Shown: in pieces, positions 1-13,746 of the stretch
Layout: each line of letters begins with the position of its first letter
How positions within the stretch are numbered: position 1 is the first letter of the stretch
Assembly: GCA_032718475.1 (NCBI GenBank)
Contig: JAUCBJ010008343.1
Coordinates: 12,728-76,727 of the forward strand
Length of the DNA stretch: 64,000 nucleotides
Origin: Nemertoderma westbladi
Lineage: Eukaryota > Animalia > Xenacoelomorpha
Direction: 5' to 3'
Notes under the pieces: model-generated
The model's database searches: none
What the model was told of the DNA's origin: nothing
The model's input: only the letters and a program-made list of their open reading frames with translations
Translations under genes and position numbers: made by a program

Positions 1-1143
1 TGCACGAACTAACTAACTATGTTATGTTTTATAGCGCACCAACTCTGTTATGTTTTATGCACGAACTAACTAACTATGTTATGTTTTATAGCGCACCAAC
101 TCTGTTATGTTTTATGCACGAACTAACTAACTATGTTATGTTTTATAGCGCACCAACTCTGTTATGTTTTATGCACGAACTAACTAACTATGTTATGTTT
201 TATAGCGCACCAACTCTGTTATGTTTTATGCACGAACTAACTAACTATGTTATGTTTTATAGCGCACCAACTCTGTTATGTTTTATGCACGAACTAACTA
301 ACTATGTTATGTTTTATAGCGCACCAACTCTGTTATGTTTTATGCACGAACTAACTAACTATGTTATGTTTTATAGCGCACCAACTCTGTTATGTTTTAT
401 GCACGAACTAACTAACTATGTTATGTTTTATAGCGCACCAACTCTGTTATGTTTTATGCACGAACTAACTAACTATGTTATGTTTTATAGCGCACCAACT
501 CTGTTATGTTTTATGCACGAACTAACTAACTATGTTATGTTTTATAGCGCACCAACTCTGTTATGTTTTATGCACGAACTAACTAACTATGTTATGTTTT
601 ATAGCGCACCAACTCTGTTATGTTTTATGCACGAACTAACTAACTATGTTATGTTTTATAGCGCACCAACTCTGTTATGTTTTATGCACGAACTAACTAA
701 CTATGTTATGTTTTATAGCGCACCAACTCTGTTATGTTTTATGCACGAACTAACTAACTATGTTATGTTTTATAGCGCACCAACTCTGTTATGTTTTATG
801 CACGAACTAACTAACTATGTTATGTTTTATAGCGCACCAACTCTGTTATGTTTTATGCACGAACTAACTAACTATGTTATGTTTTATAGCGCACCAACTC
901 TGTTATGTTTTATGCACGAACTAACTAACTATGTTATGTTTTATAGCGCACCAACTCTGTTATGTTTTATGCACGAACTAACTAACTATGTTATGTTTTA
1001 TAGCGCACCAACTCTGTTATGTTTTATGCACGAACTAACTAACTATGTTATGTTTTATAGCGCACCAACTCTGTTATGTTTTATGCACGAACTAACTAAC
1101 TATGTTATGTTTTATAGCGCACCAACTCTGTTATGTTTTATGC
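1..1143. repeat. 57-bp tandem satellite, 20 apparently identical copies, continuing beyond the window start
   Basis: Unit tgcacgaactaactaactatgttatgttttatagcgcaccaactctgttatgtttta repeats exactly. The 374-aa ORF is only the 19-aa translation of this unit. Confidence 0.98.
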
Positions 1144-2219
1144 TGTAATGCGATCGCGATGTGAGGCCTTTAACTACAATCTAACTGCATATTATATCTC
1201 ATTATTTCAGAGTCCTAATGGTAGCTGTTGATATTTTATTAGATTACCGGTACAGCGTACAGGTTATTTAAGTTATTTTATGAGATATTTACCCTAGAGA
1301 CAAGGGATAGGTGGAATTTGTGACAAAGGCAATTTTTTTTTATTTCTCGTAAATAATACTTTATCTAAATGACCTGGCAATAAGAAAGTTATTACCCATT
1401 CAATATTGTCAGCTAGTTACAGTATAAATTTATTTGGAGGATTTTCTAAGCATAATAGTCAGACAAAAAAATATTTCTACAGGGTATAACCCTACTACTA
1501 AGTATTAATGTTAATTGAAAAGTTTTTAATAATTCTGATAAGAAAACGACCCGAAAGCGAAATTATTTACAACATGTAAATTGAACACTTGAGTAAATTT
1601 CAGCTCGACATTGGAAGTCATGCTGTATTTTATTAGCTGATTAGTCTGACTACAACTGCAGACAAGTATGCCTAATACACTAATATCATTGGCCAGTAGG
1701 CTATCCTCTGCAGGCCTCTAAAAGTTAACTTCAAGAATGCCCACTGGTAATTGACTCGAATTCTTCTGATTAGGCCCGAACGTTTCCACTGTGAGACGAA
1801 ACCTACCCATCAGCTAACGGCCGTCAGCTGATCACTGATTGCATGCAACATATAGGTCTCGGATGCTTTTTAAATCGTCTACTGCTGTACATACCTACCG
1901 GCAGGGTTTTTTATTTTTAACTTAACTCGCTGCTTGTCTAAATAAATTAAAACGAGTAATACTAAACTAATGTTTTTAAATGATAATAGTCTATTATTGC
2001 CACTGGATGTTTTGTATTTGTGACAATCATTGTTTGGGTTTTCGGAGTTGGTGATTTCATTTCCGACGACATTTTAATGTTTTACAGTAATCAAGTCGGT
2101 CAATCTGACGGTCTGTCTTTCTTAAATTTTGACTGACAATTGGAGTGACAAACTGGTAGACGGAAAGACAGATATAATATAATAACTCAATAACTAAAAA
2201 ATATCTCGCTAAGCCTAAG

Positions 2220-2253
<34 letters not shown>

Positions 2254-2993
2254 TAAATCTAATAATTGACTACCAGTGGTAGTGGATGCAAAATCTTCCA
2301 AACATTAGAACGCTAAATATTATTTATTTAATTACTAATAGCGGTATTAATAATATTAATAGAGGCCTAATAATTATCGTAATAGTAAAAAGGGCTGTTA
2401 GCAATGTTGCTGACCTTTTTACAGGTGTGCACCGATTTATGCATTTTAAATAATTCAAGTTACTTTATTTATATGTACGAAGTTGCAGTAATGTATTATT
2501 ATTACCTATTCCTATTATTGTCCAGCTGGATATGCTTACTGTATTATATTATATTATATTAAATGAGAAACGGCATCTAATAAGAAATGACGGACGCGCT
2601 CGAAATGGCAAGCAGATGGTGTCCCTGGGATAATATGTTAATATGCTAATAAATTATATGCGAATTCAGGCGTAACATCAAATTAAACCCTAGAGGCATT
2701 CTGTTCCCCCAAACTTCATTATAAACTGTCTATTTCAAACATCACAGCTACAGTATAACGAGGTTAATGAGAGGTTACAGTACATACACACACACACACA
2801 CACACATACCCCAATCAAGAGCTTCAAAATCTTCAATATATCTGCGTACCCCCCTACGCACACCTGAATAATATGAAATACACAATCAACCAGGCAGGCG
2901 AGGCGCTTTAGTCCACCCAACTAACCCATTATTTATTTCCCTGTCTTATTTTTCTCCTACAATATATTATTTTTGGTTTTAACTCTTTTACCT

Positions 2994-3068
2994 GAGCTGC
3001 TAGCCGGAGCGGTTAAAGCGTCACAGAGTTCCAACCTGGAGGCCACCAGTTTGATCCCCCTGGTGGAA
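2994..3068 (+). mobile_element. tRNA-like sequence (probable SINE head or tRNA pseudogene)
   Basis: A-box-like TAGCCGGAGCGG and B-box-like GTTTGATCCC at tRNA spacing; the cloverleaf stems do not close properly. Confidence 0.45.
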
Positions 3069-3675
3069 CGAAAGTTATAATAATTTACCTTGACATACTA
3101 AGTTAGTTCAATATTCAATGTTTAATGTGTATTTTAATTTAGTTATGCGATCTGAAGTTTTACCCGGTGTAGAGATTAAATATGTTATAAATCGATATTA
3201 TATTTGTCTGAACAAAGGGTGTTATAAACCTCAGTGGACACAAATAAGAAGTATTATAAGTATAACATGAGCCAAATAATGATAATGTTTCCCAAGTACA
3301 CCATTAATAAGGTATTTGTTACTTTGCTGTCCTGAGTGAAATTTAATTTGTTTAGGTGAAACGTTTGGCTTTGTAATATTATGTAAAAATACCCAATTAA
3401 ACGTGCTTATTTTCAAAACACAGAAGTCTCAAAAACACTTTTCATAAAAACTAATGTCATAAAAAATATTTTATAGGCTCATATCGCAATGATATTTTAA
3501 ATAGAAGACCTAATGATTGAGTAATGTAGCTAGCTAATTACGCTATTAGTCGGGAAAATTCCCTATTTAAATCCGTAGATTAGGTTTATAACTAACTAAC
3601 TTGATTTGCATTTAATGTTATAGTATTGGCCTCATGGCTCGCGTTTTATATTGATTTTTTTATTGATTCCACATC

Positions 3676-3953
3676 GTATAATCTCCAGTTCTAGTGGTCG
3701 TATGAAGTTCATTTTAGGCTCGTTAGTTGTTTTCTCAGACAACAAAGTTACCATTTGGTTTTGAAATCTCTTGAAAGATCGCTGAGCAATCAAAACTTGA
3801 AAAAATTTGCAAAGCTTATTTTTCCCAAATTTATGATATGTTGCATCACAACCATTTTATCTTAAATCAAATGTTAACTTTGTTCTCTGGGAAAAGATCT
3901 TTCGAATGAGCCTAAAATAAACTTCGTACGACCACTAGAACTGAAGATTATAC
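3676..3953. repeat. Imperfect ~90-bp inverted repeat (MITE/foldback remnant)
   Basis: gtataatctccagttctagtggtcgtatgaagttcattttaggctc (3676-) is reverse-complemented by gagcctaaaataaacttcgtacgaccactagaactgaagattatac (-3953), and the pairing extends inward. Confidence 0.75.
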
Positions 3954-6930
3954 ATTTTGAAGATCACCGAAGAGCGATAAGTTTATTCCGTGTAATTCCG
4001 CATTGACTGCAGATGCAGAAGTCATTAAATTGAGTCCCGTCATTGTTCTGGAGACTTGAAGTTGTCTTACAAGCTTACTAGTAGGTCCAATAATCATAAA
4101 AATTCCTTCACTATTAAAATTGTATGATCTTTCTCATGGAGACATGAAGTGGGCACCGTGACGGGATCCTAGTCGGCTGAAGATCCCGACCAGTGTTTGT
4201 CTCGTGTATATACGCATCGCCGCGTCCACCCAGTGAATGGAATAGACTGAAGGGCCAAGGCTGGTTAAATAACAGAGTTTTGTTTATCGTTATTGATAAT
4301 GTCTGATATATAAGTACTGGTAAAGTACAGCACAATTAGTATAGCACAATGGATATAGCAGTAATGACGATGGTTTAAACCGTTTGACTTCTACACTCTA
4401 TAATAGCCAACTGAATATAATTAACATCGAGTAACGGTTATATACTTATTGCTTAGAAGGTTACACCTCTACCTACACTTGACCTACCAATAGATGCGCG
4501 CTAATTGATGGTGTGCTGCCCCACCATTGGTTGGTTTACCCTTTGGCCACTCCCTATCTCCTCTGGCCCTATGCTGGCTTCAACCTGAGATATGTTGCTA
4601 TCTATCTCCAACTGGCACTATATTGCCCTGTTCCCTTCTGGTATGCAATATTATGTTGGATAATATTGCATACTTAATCGTAATTCGTAAATCATAATTC
4701 CTCATTTTCTCACTGGGTGGTGCAGCAGATTGGATTAGCTAACACTCCCCCCCCCATGCTATATTCCCAGTGAAAAGATAGCATCAACCTAATAGTGCAC
4801 TCCATTCTGCTGGAATCCAATCTAATATTGGATGTGGGGTGGAATACTCTTTTCTGGGGCCAGTTTTCCAGACTCGCCCCTCTGGGTCTGGTCTCACTAC
4901 CCACCCTTGGTACATCTGCGAGCTAAGTTGTACCAAGGCATCTGGCGTCTCTATTTAGACAATCGCCTCTCCTCCTCTCTCAATTTTGCTTGGATATTAT
5001 CATCCAGTTTATCCACCACCTTCACACCTCATTAGTCCCATAGGACTCATCCTCCACCCGGCTCGCTCCCCACACTTGAATTTCGCGCTCTATACCCTTC
5101 CTCAAACTCCCTAGCCTCATCATCACACCCCCTTTTTGCTCAACCCCATTTTACTCTCACTCTCTATACTCCTGTCAGGACCCCACAATCTTGCATACAT
5201 GCGCTGTATATGCGTTAAGTGGGTCCTTTGTCTCGTCCTCCTGTTTCAGTCAATGAGTTCCCCATCCCAGTAGCTAATTAATTGGAAAAAGTTACATCTG
5301 ACTATCGTATGTACATGGTGTTTATTATAAATCTACATAGTATTACACTTTTCGGTTGGTCATATACATATGCGTAATTTTTACTTATTTATAAAAAATA
5401 TGAGTCTTGAGTATTAGTTAGTTCAGTCCTTGTGGTGCCTTCCAGGCATATGAATAGTCTAATATTAATCTCAAAGTTAAAGCTTCCCTTTTCCTTAAAC
5501 CTTTTAAAACTTTTCCTCTGGAAGCCATCTCATCTCCTTGCCCCTCTCGTCGTCCTGTCTTGGGCATTTCTTCTCCTCCTGTTTGCTCTTCAACGCATTC
5601 ATCAGCGCCAATACAGCTTTGCCAATCCCCGTAGTTTGATCTTTGGGTGTGGCCATTATCATTTTGCGGTATCATTTTGCTGGCAGTCCTACTGAGTGTC
5701 CCTCCTGCTTTCCTCTGGTAGTGTCCCACATGATGATCTTCATGGCACATGGTATGTGTTCTGCCAGAAAGTTTCTAAACTCCATCCTATTCTCCGGTGA
5801 CCACCTGTCAAGGTACCATTGGGTGTTAATAACCCCTCCGTGTGATGCCGTCGTTGCTACCTCTTGGTAGGTGAATGGCAGTCTTCTCCTAGTAATCTCT
5901 TGGTTAATGTTAAAGAATCCCCCCGGAACTCCTGGGCCTTCATCCTCTGTCTGGTCATGACACCAAAGTCGGCCCAGTCCTCATAGATACGAAACTTTTC
6001 TTCGTCGTCCATCCAATCACATTGAAGCTCGAAGTGTCCTCTAAATCTACACTTACTACACCTGTGATGTAACTTTGGACATGCGCCCATCCTTTGGGTG
6101 GAGTCATGGCAGTACAGACATGTCGCTTCCTTCTCATAGCGATACAGACATTTCTTCTGCTGGTGGGTTAATCGCCCACAATAATCGCAGCTGTCTATTA
6201 CAGTCTGCCTCCCGAACTCGTCCTTGGCTCCACACAACCGTCTGGGTCTGTGGAGTCACTGATACGTGAACATCTCCACGTTATTCGTCTCTACCCATGT
6301 CGATGTCTCCTCCTTCTCTCAGCATCGGCTCCCCAAATATCACTCCGGGTGCTGCACCCGGTTGCTAGCCTAGTCGGATCGCATCCACCGAGAAATTCGT
6401 TGCCAGCTCTCCATGCTCCCAGACTTGCTTACTTGGGGATCCCAGAAGGTTCTCGCCCCACTGGCTGTCACCACCCGCCCATCCAGCCAGTCCGTGTCCA
6501 CCCGACCAATCCTCTTTATTGGTGGCATCTCCCTGAACTCATCTTCTTCCGTCTCCTCTACCACAAGCGGTTCCAAGCCCGGGATCGCAATTAATTTAAC
6601 ATGTCCCTTCCCAGCCTGGTACTCGCCTGTAATTCTCCAAGTCTTCCGCCGTTCTCGGTCTCTTCCTCTTAAAATCACCCTTGGACCCCCCGGGTATCAG
6701 CATTCTCTGCAATCCAGATGTCGACTGTATCAGTGATCCCTCCATCCACTCTATCTCATCCTCTAGCCGAAACTTGCCTGAGGTCTCCGAGCCCCATCTC
6801 AACTCATCCAAATCCTGGGCTTTGAAATCATAATCCCCTCCTCTTTCTGCTGCCTCTCTACCTGCTGCCTCTCTCCTCTCTTTCCTAGCAGCCTCTTCTT
6901 CCCTCCTTTCTTCCTCCCTATCCACCTCAT

Positions 6931-8060
6931 ATTCTTGAAGGAATTAAGTCAAAGTATCTCCCCGCAGTCATGACTTTTGTGGACTTCAAGAAGGCATTCG
7001 ACTCCATCCATAGAGGTAAAATGCTTGAAATCCTAAGAGCTTATGGAATACCAGAAGTAATTGTTGCAGGCATTGGATTGTTATATTGTGACACAGAAGC
7101 GCAGGTACTCTCACCAGATGGTGAAACTGAGTTTTTCTCAATCCTGGCTGGCATACTGCAAGGTGACACATTAGCACCATTACTATTTGTAATTGTGCTG
7201 GATGACGCAATGAGGATGGCCACAAAGGGTGAAGATCTGGGATTCACACTTCAAGAACGCAGAAGTAGTACATATCCGGCAACTACAGTCACAGACACCA
7301 ACTTTGCGGATGACATCGCCCTGCTCTCTAATACGCTAGCAGATGCACAGCTTCTACTAAATAAAGTGGAGAGGGCTGCTAAGGAGGTTGGATTGCATAT
7401 AAATGCTACCAAGACCAAATTCATGACCTTTAATGTTGATGGAAACTTGACAACCATTGATAATAATCAACTAAGGAAGGTCGATGACTTCCAGTGCCTT
7501 GGATCATGGATAGAGAGTAGCAAAAAGGACATAGAAGTTAGGAAAGCAAAGGCTTGGGTAGCTCTATCAAAATTGGATACCATCTGGAAATCAGATCTCT
7601 CCAGGCACCTGAAGACTAAGTTCTTTCGAGCCACAGTGGAAAGGGTATTTTTATACGGGGGTGAGACCTGGACACTGACTAAATCACTTGAACAACGAAT
7701 TGATGGTTGCTACACAAGACTATTAAGGGCAGCCCTAAACATCAGCTGGAGACAACACATGACAAACGCCGAGCTTTTGGTACAATACCACCTGTATCAA
7801 CCACCCTCCATGAACGCAGATTAAGATTCAGTGGGCACTGCTGGCGAAGTAAAGACGAGGTCATACCAGATCTACTTCTCTGGCAACCAACTCATGGAAA
7901 GCGTAGTCGTGGATGACCGGTCATATCATATATAGATCAACTTGAAAGGGATACTGAACTTGGGAGAAACGAAATTGCGACAACTATGGAGAATCGGGAA
8001 GTCAGGAAGGATCTCATTTCCACTCTCCGAGTTCGCTCGACCTACTAGTAGTAGTAGTAG
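6931..8060 (+). mobile_element. 5'-truncated RTE-clade non-LTR retrotransposon
   Basis: RT motifs FVDFKKAFDSI, GILQGDTLAP and FADDIAL; frameshifted C-terminus (RRLRFSGHCWR); (AGT)n tail at 8045-8060; 'tat' at both junctions. Confidence 0.92.
6970..7824 (+). pseudogene. Reverse transcriptase fragment of the RTE LINE
   Basis: 284-aa ORF with non-LTR RT motifs; continues in another frame at 7707-7916. Confidence 0.9.
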
Positions 8061-9344
8061 TATCCGCCAATCCGTCGATACGGTGTGTGTACTTCTCTGC
8101 CCACCAGATGTTGGGTATTGTAATACACCAACTCTCCCTTCTGCCCTGGGTGGTCTACAAGACCTTCGAAGGCGATTCTAAAGGCTCTTCTGTTGTTCAG
8201 AGGTGCTCCCATCAGTAGAAATGCTGTCAGCTCTCTGCCGATGACCACCATCATGAATAGGTTCACTGCACCGCATCCGGTAAACAGTTCAGCGTCATTC
8301 CATCTTTCTTCCCGTAGGTCCCCAGATTGAACAGAAAAATATCTCCGTTCGGTGCCGCTAGATGCAGCAATATAGTTCTACCCGACCCCTTTGACCCCTT
8401 CCTCGTCTCATCGTCATCTAAAACCATATATCCCCCCCTCTCTACCGATTCGACAAACTTCCTCCATTCCTTCTTAGCTGGTTCCCTCGCATACCTTTGA
8501 ATCCCAAAGGAACTTTCCACCTCCTTCACGACATAACAAAGATGTTCGTTGATCGTATTATCCAACAATGGCATTCCGTAGGTTTCAACTAATCGTCATT
8601 CGTGCATACCTCTAAACTGATTGTGTAACACGTACGCTTTATGACTCTTAGGAAGTCGATCGTAATACTTCCTCATCTTATTCTCCATATGTCTCTGCGT
8701 GAAATCGACTAACAACTCACTCTCGCTCTTTTCCGACTTCCTCCTCTTGACTAACTCTTGACTCTTGACTAACTCTTGACTCTCCGCAATCCCGATTTCT
8801 CTCTCTCACCGAACTGGTGGTGCCTTGCAAAGGCTCAGTAGGGCAAGAGATAACTAATTTCAGTTTCAATCAGTATTAAATCAGCGATGGCCTACCTTTT
8901 ATTTACTTTTATCTCCCTTTTATACAATTCATTTTTGGTTACGTGTCAATTTCTCCTACTTTCGCAATTTTGTCCGATACTTTTTAATTATGTTTCTAGA
9001 ATTTTTAATTTTCAGTTATTACGATTTCTTCACCTTGCTGTAATTATTTATCCATACATCTTTGCTACTTATTAAGTAGCACCTCATCAGTTAATTACTT
9101 CGTAAGTAATTCATCACTACTTATTGTATGTTTACAGAGAAGACTAGCTACAATTTTCCTATTGTTATACTAACTTTCCACCAGACAGCTTTCTGGGTCT
9201 GTAACAAGTCTGCACTCTGGGCTATGCACTATAATAGTTTAATTCGTGCGGCCTACACTATCTATCCTATCACGCCTACATATCCCCCTCAACTCCTCAC
9301 GTTGCGCCCTCAGTGCCCACTATAGTACGTTTTATGTACTATTA

Positions 9345-9900
9345 TTGGTCCCATTGGCCCGGCATTAGTGCATATGGTCCCATAGACCTGGCATTAGTAT
9401 ATATGGTCCCATTGACCCGGAATTAGTACGTGTGGTCCCATTGACCCGGCATTAGTACTTATTATGTACATTAGCACATAATGCTAATCAGACGTACGTA
9501 ATGTGTACTCATATAATCCTAAATATGGTACTATGTACCCTTCTAATCCTAAATGTGGTACTATGTACCCTTCTAATCCTAAATGTGGTACTATGTACCC
9601 TTCTAATCCTAAAAAATTGTACCTATTATGTACTATCATTGGTCCCATTGACCCGGCGTTAGTGCGTATGTTATTATGTATGTTAGTACAGGTGTACTCA
9701 TCAGACATACGTATGTACGTTTGTACTCATCGAGTGTACATATTAATGTCCATCTATTCCTAAATATTATGTACGTTAGTACAGGTGTACTCATCAGACG
9801 TACCTTCTATGTACGTTAGTACATTTGTACTCATCGGACGTATGTAATGTTCATCTAAACCTAAATAATATGTACGTTAGTACAGATGTACTCATCAGAC
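9345..9900. repeat. Cluster of ~30-bp minisatellites
   Basis: Repeated ggtcccattgacccggcattagt, tactatgtacccttctaatcctaaatgtgg (x3) and tatgtacgttagtacaggtgtactcatcagac units. Confidence 0.8.
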
Positions 9901-9914
9901 CCTACAGCTGTCAT

Positions 9915-10881
9915 AGTGTTTCTATTCGCAGACGACTTATTAATTTACAGTGACACAAGGGAAGGACTGCAAGCGGCTTTAAAGGCAAGTACAGAATGGG
10001 TAGCACAAATAACGGTATGCAGGTCAATCTAACAAAAACAGAGATATTATTAAATTCGGAAGAGGAGGGAGGTTAGCAAAGGAGGATAGATTTTATTATA
10101 ATAACAATCAAGTAAATATAGTCAATATAATTTACATTGCATATCTCGAAAGTTGTTTCTAAATCTCTATCAGGAATCCACTCTATAAAAGACACCAAAT
10201 TATTATCACTTTCGACTGCTATCAAACTCTGAAAATATGTCCAATTGTATCCTACAGTCTGCCTATCATCTGGCCCTTCTTTGCAGCCACTAATTTACAC
10301 TCTATCGACAGAATTAAATCTATTTTCCTGAAGCGCGTTCTAGGACTCCACAAGAACTCACGTAACCGACTAGTTAATTGCAATATCCCGCGAAATAAAT
10401 TTCACTATAGACCTTAAAAGATTCCACAACCTCCCCACCACAACCGAATTCAACAAATACCAGGTAGTAATATCTAACAAAATTGCGGATATCGATATCG
10501 ATCCTGAATTCTGGAACACACCATCGCTAAATAATAATAGTTGGGTGTCAGCAAATAACCCTCAAAGACATGTAGTGACTAGGTATTCTGCATACAGGTA
10601 TCATCACCTCATTTGCAATACAAAGGGTATCCGCACAAATTCCCCCGACTGCAGATGCAACCTACAGTATGCGGCTCCCACGCTTCCACGTATCACCTGC
10701 AGGGTTGTATCGACAGTACACGCAGTTTGTCGCAATGGTCAAAATAACTAACTTTTATTTTATTTTAATTCGATTTTATACCCCGGCATATTGTTTGCTT
10801 TTTACACTATACAGTATGCAATAATCACGTTTTACCTTGTGTGCCAATACCATGGCTTATTTATTTAATATAAATAGATAA
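9915..10881 (+). mobile_element. Degraded non-LTR retrotransposon 3' part (CR1/L2-group-like, clade uncertain)
   Basis: Translates to VFLFADDLLIYSDTREGLQAAL, then NGMQVNLTKTEI and IDRIKSIFLKRVLGLHKNSRNRLV; many frameshifts; AT-rich tail. Confidence 0.75.
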
Positions 10882-11199
10882 ATATAAGGGAAAACAAATA
10901 ATCATCATAATCACAACATAATAATTATATTACATATGTATTTTATTATTACATATTACATTATAATTATTAATTTATATAATATTATTCAACAACATGC
11001 ATAATGTGCCAATGTTGGCATTAGTTACTACAATGATAGATACAGTAACTGAAATAGGATACTGAAAGTAAACTGAGCAATCGTATCAACTATAGGCTAA
11101 AAAGTGACATAATTATAATGCACAAATATATTTCATTACCAAATTCGTATAAATATTAATTTCGAAAGTGAAACAATTACAAATGAAGGGAAGGGGGGG

Positions 11200-11700
11200 G
11201 GGGATATGTCTAAGCAGTTAGCTCTAAAGCATTTTTGCGTAATTTCAGAGCTTTATAAATGAATAGGGATAGATTTGTTATTACATTCGGCGAAGGCGAT
11301 GACATAATCTTCTTAAATTTAAAGAGGGAAAGAAAACGTGAATTGTAGGGAGCTATGAAAATGTTGCGAATATTTTGATAGGCTGGACAAACCAGCAAAA
11401 AATGAAACTCATCTTCCACCACATTTATTGAACACATCTGATAAAAACGTTCATTGCGATGGTACATGGTACCACCTACCAATCTCTACGCGCAGGTCAT
11501 GCGAACAGCACCAAAACCAAGATAATGCATTGCGAAGGGTTGTCTTTTAGGTCTAAAAGGTAATTCTCAGGATGAAAAGTGACTTTAACATAGAACTATC
11601 GCCCTTCGGCGATGCATAAATTGATTGATAATAATAAATTATCACTCAAACATTATGCGCGGGTTGTATTTCTAAATATACGAAAACAGAATGCAACATT
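11200..11700 (-). mobile_element. LINE 3' fragment with C-terminal Zn-finger motif
   Basis: ORF 11210-11482 has ERFYQMCSINVVEDEFHFLLVCPAY, typical of non-LTR ORF2 C-termini; duplicated at ~28730-29170. Confidence 0.7.
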
Positions 11701-12423
11701 CGACCAATTTGGAATTCTCCCGAGTCTACCTTTTATTTAAATTTAAATTACTAGAAATGCTTGTATATGGAATCTTTTTAGAAAATCTCCATACAGCCAT
11801 ATGTCAACCATTTTCAGGTTCACTTTAACTCTTTATTACATGGAAATAAAAGAGCACATGGATATCATATGTACTTATTGTATTGTACTACAACAGTACA
11901 GTACACGCACCGGTACAGCAGTACACATACCAGTACATCAGTACTGTATATATCAATAACAGTTTTTTTCTAAATAAATACCCTACTTTGGTTCTTCATA
12001 ATGAGATTAAAATTTTGCAAATTGCACCAAACATTATTATCCCACAACCAGTTTATGTACGTCATATGCATTAAATAAACAATGAAACACAGTAATATAT
12101 AATAAAGTTATAAATCCAAAATAACTCACCCGCAGAGGCGTAGCGAGTGGTTTTGGAGTTAGTTTTTGTGCATGCACAGTTTTATGCCCCCCGCCCCCTC
12201 CCTAAAAAACACTAAAAATATCATTATTCAAAGACATATATTTTTTAAGGGCACAATAATATGTTCTTAACAATTAAAAATGTAGTAATATTATAAGGTA
12301 GTAAATAGTAATATTACTAGAAATACTAGTGGACTCTTAATTTTATACTAACTTTAGTATGTAATATAATGAACCATATACATCTTAAAGATTTATTTTT
12401 CTGGCTTTTATTGCTGCAAAATT

Positions 12424-12652
12424 GTATCAGTATCAGTAGTATCAGTATCAGTTTATCAGTATCAGTATCGGTATCGGTATCGGTATCAGTATCGATATCA
12501 GTATCAGAATCGATATTGGTATTGGTATCGGTATTGGTATCAGTATCAGTGTCGGTGTTGGTGTCGGTGTCGGTATCAGTGTCAGTGTCAGTATTGGTAT
12601 CAGTATCAGTATTAGTATCAGTATCGGTATCATTGTTGGTATCAGTATCAGT
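12424..12652. repeat. (GTATCA/GTATCG)n hexamer microsatellite
   Basis: Visible directly; generates the DT/SV/IP-rich ORFs. The counterpart in copy B (~29974-30020) is much shorter. Confidence 0.95.
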
Positions 12653-12689
12653 AGGCCTATCTTGATCGGACAGACACTGTATGATGGTT

Positions 12690-13746
12690 CCATCACATTT
12701 GTGTCTACTGCTGATATGGTGACACAGATCCATTCTAAGTCTTAAGCGGAATCCTTCAGGGTGACACACTTGTACCATTCTTATTCGTAATTGTGGTTGA
12801 TTATGTTCTATGCAAGTCCTTAGAACGATTTAATAAGGATGGGTTGATGGTGACACCCCCTTACTGGCACAAGAAGTAGAGGAAATCCAGCAAAGTACCT
12901 TTCTGATCTAGACTTTGCTGATGACTTAGGGGTACTGTCAGAATCACTAGAGGGAGCCCAAAGGCTCCTCTGCTCTGACAAAAATCATGACAGTGAACCT
13001 TGAAATCCCTCAAGAATTGTCTGATCATAAGGGCAAAAGCTCTAGGGATAGGGACCTCTTGATTGAGCACGTGGATGACTTCTGGTACTTGTGATCATGG
13101 ATTGTGTCAGTCGAAGACCTTCGAATATGAGAAGGCATGGGTAGCGTTATATACAGTAGTCTGTCTAGGATTTGGAAGTCACATACTGTACATAGAATAG
13201 AACGGAACCTTAAGGTTCTATTATTTATAGCAGTAGTAGTACAAGTACTCTGATATGGGAGTCCATGCTGGGGTCTAGCTACAGCGGATACCAAATCTTT
13301 GGATGGCACCATTACAAGAATGCTGTGCCGGGTTCATTTGTGTCACGCACAATGAACATATCTCCAATCACAATCTATACAACATTGGAGATGTTCCATT
13401 AGTCTTCCCTAGCTTTACACTTAAACGGAACCGCCTTCGCTTTGCAGGACATTGCTTTCACCGTGAGGACCAGCCAGTGCATAAACTTGCGCTTTGGCAG
13501 CTTCATGGAGTGATTAATCATGGTGGACAGCCCATGACTTTATTGAGACGCATCTTAAAGAACGCTGGCCTTGAAGATGCAGATGATCTAGCAAATGTCA
13601 TGGGTGATAGGGAGTTGTGGCAGCGCAATTTTGTTGATAAGCCGGCACAGAATTCATAATATATATAATGAAGCTGCAATGCAGCGTTGATCGTAGTAGT
13701 AGTAGTTGTTGTTGTTGTAGTAGTAGTGGCAGTAGTACTAGTAGTA
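12690..13746 (+). mobile_element. Degraded RTE-clade LINE (second family)
   Basis: QGDTL and DFADDL remnants, RNRLRFAGHCF C-terminus and (GTA)n tail; same family as 34035-34622. Confidence 0.85.

Larger units (their letters stand above)
5857..8574 (-). pseudogene. Degraded ORF with DEDDy/RNase D-like 3'-5' exonuclease-like N-terminus, E/R-rich linker and C-terminal CCHC zinc knuckles; probable retroelement cargo, split by an RTE LINE
   Basis: 8263-8574 reads MVLDDDE...GRTILLHLAAPNGDIFLFNL...LP, resembling ExoI and the LLQLA...FLFD motif. 5857-6237 has CDYCGRLTHQQKKC, CLYCHDSTQRMGAC and CSKCRFRGHFELQC. Removing the LINE joins 8045-8266 and 6596-6925 in frame. Confidence 0.5.

Noticed and set aside
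24-1148. 374-aa repetitive ORF
   Set aside because: By-product of a stop-free 57-bp (3n) satellite unit; no evidence of coding function.
2220-2250. 31-nt poly-C tract (also G/C runs near 22410 and 28710)
   Set aside because: Simple homopolymers with unreliable length; no associated structure.
12326-12778. DT-, SV- and IP-repeat ORFs
   Set aside because: Translations of the GTATCA microsatellite.
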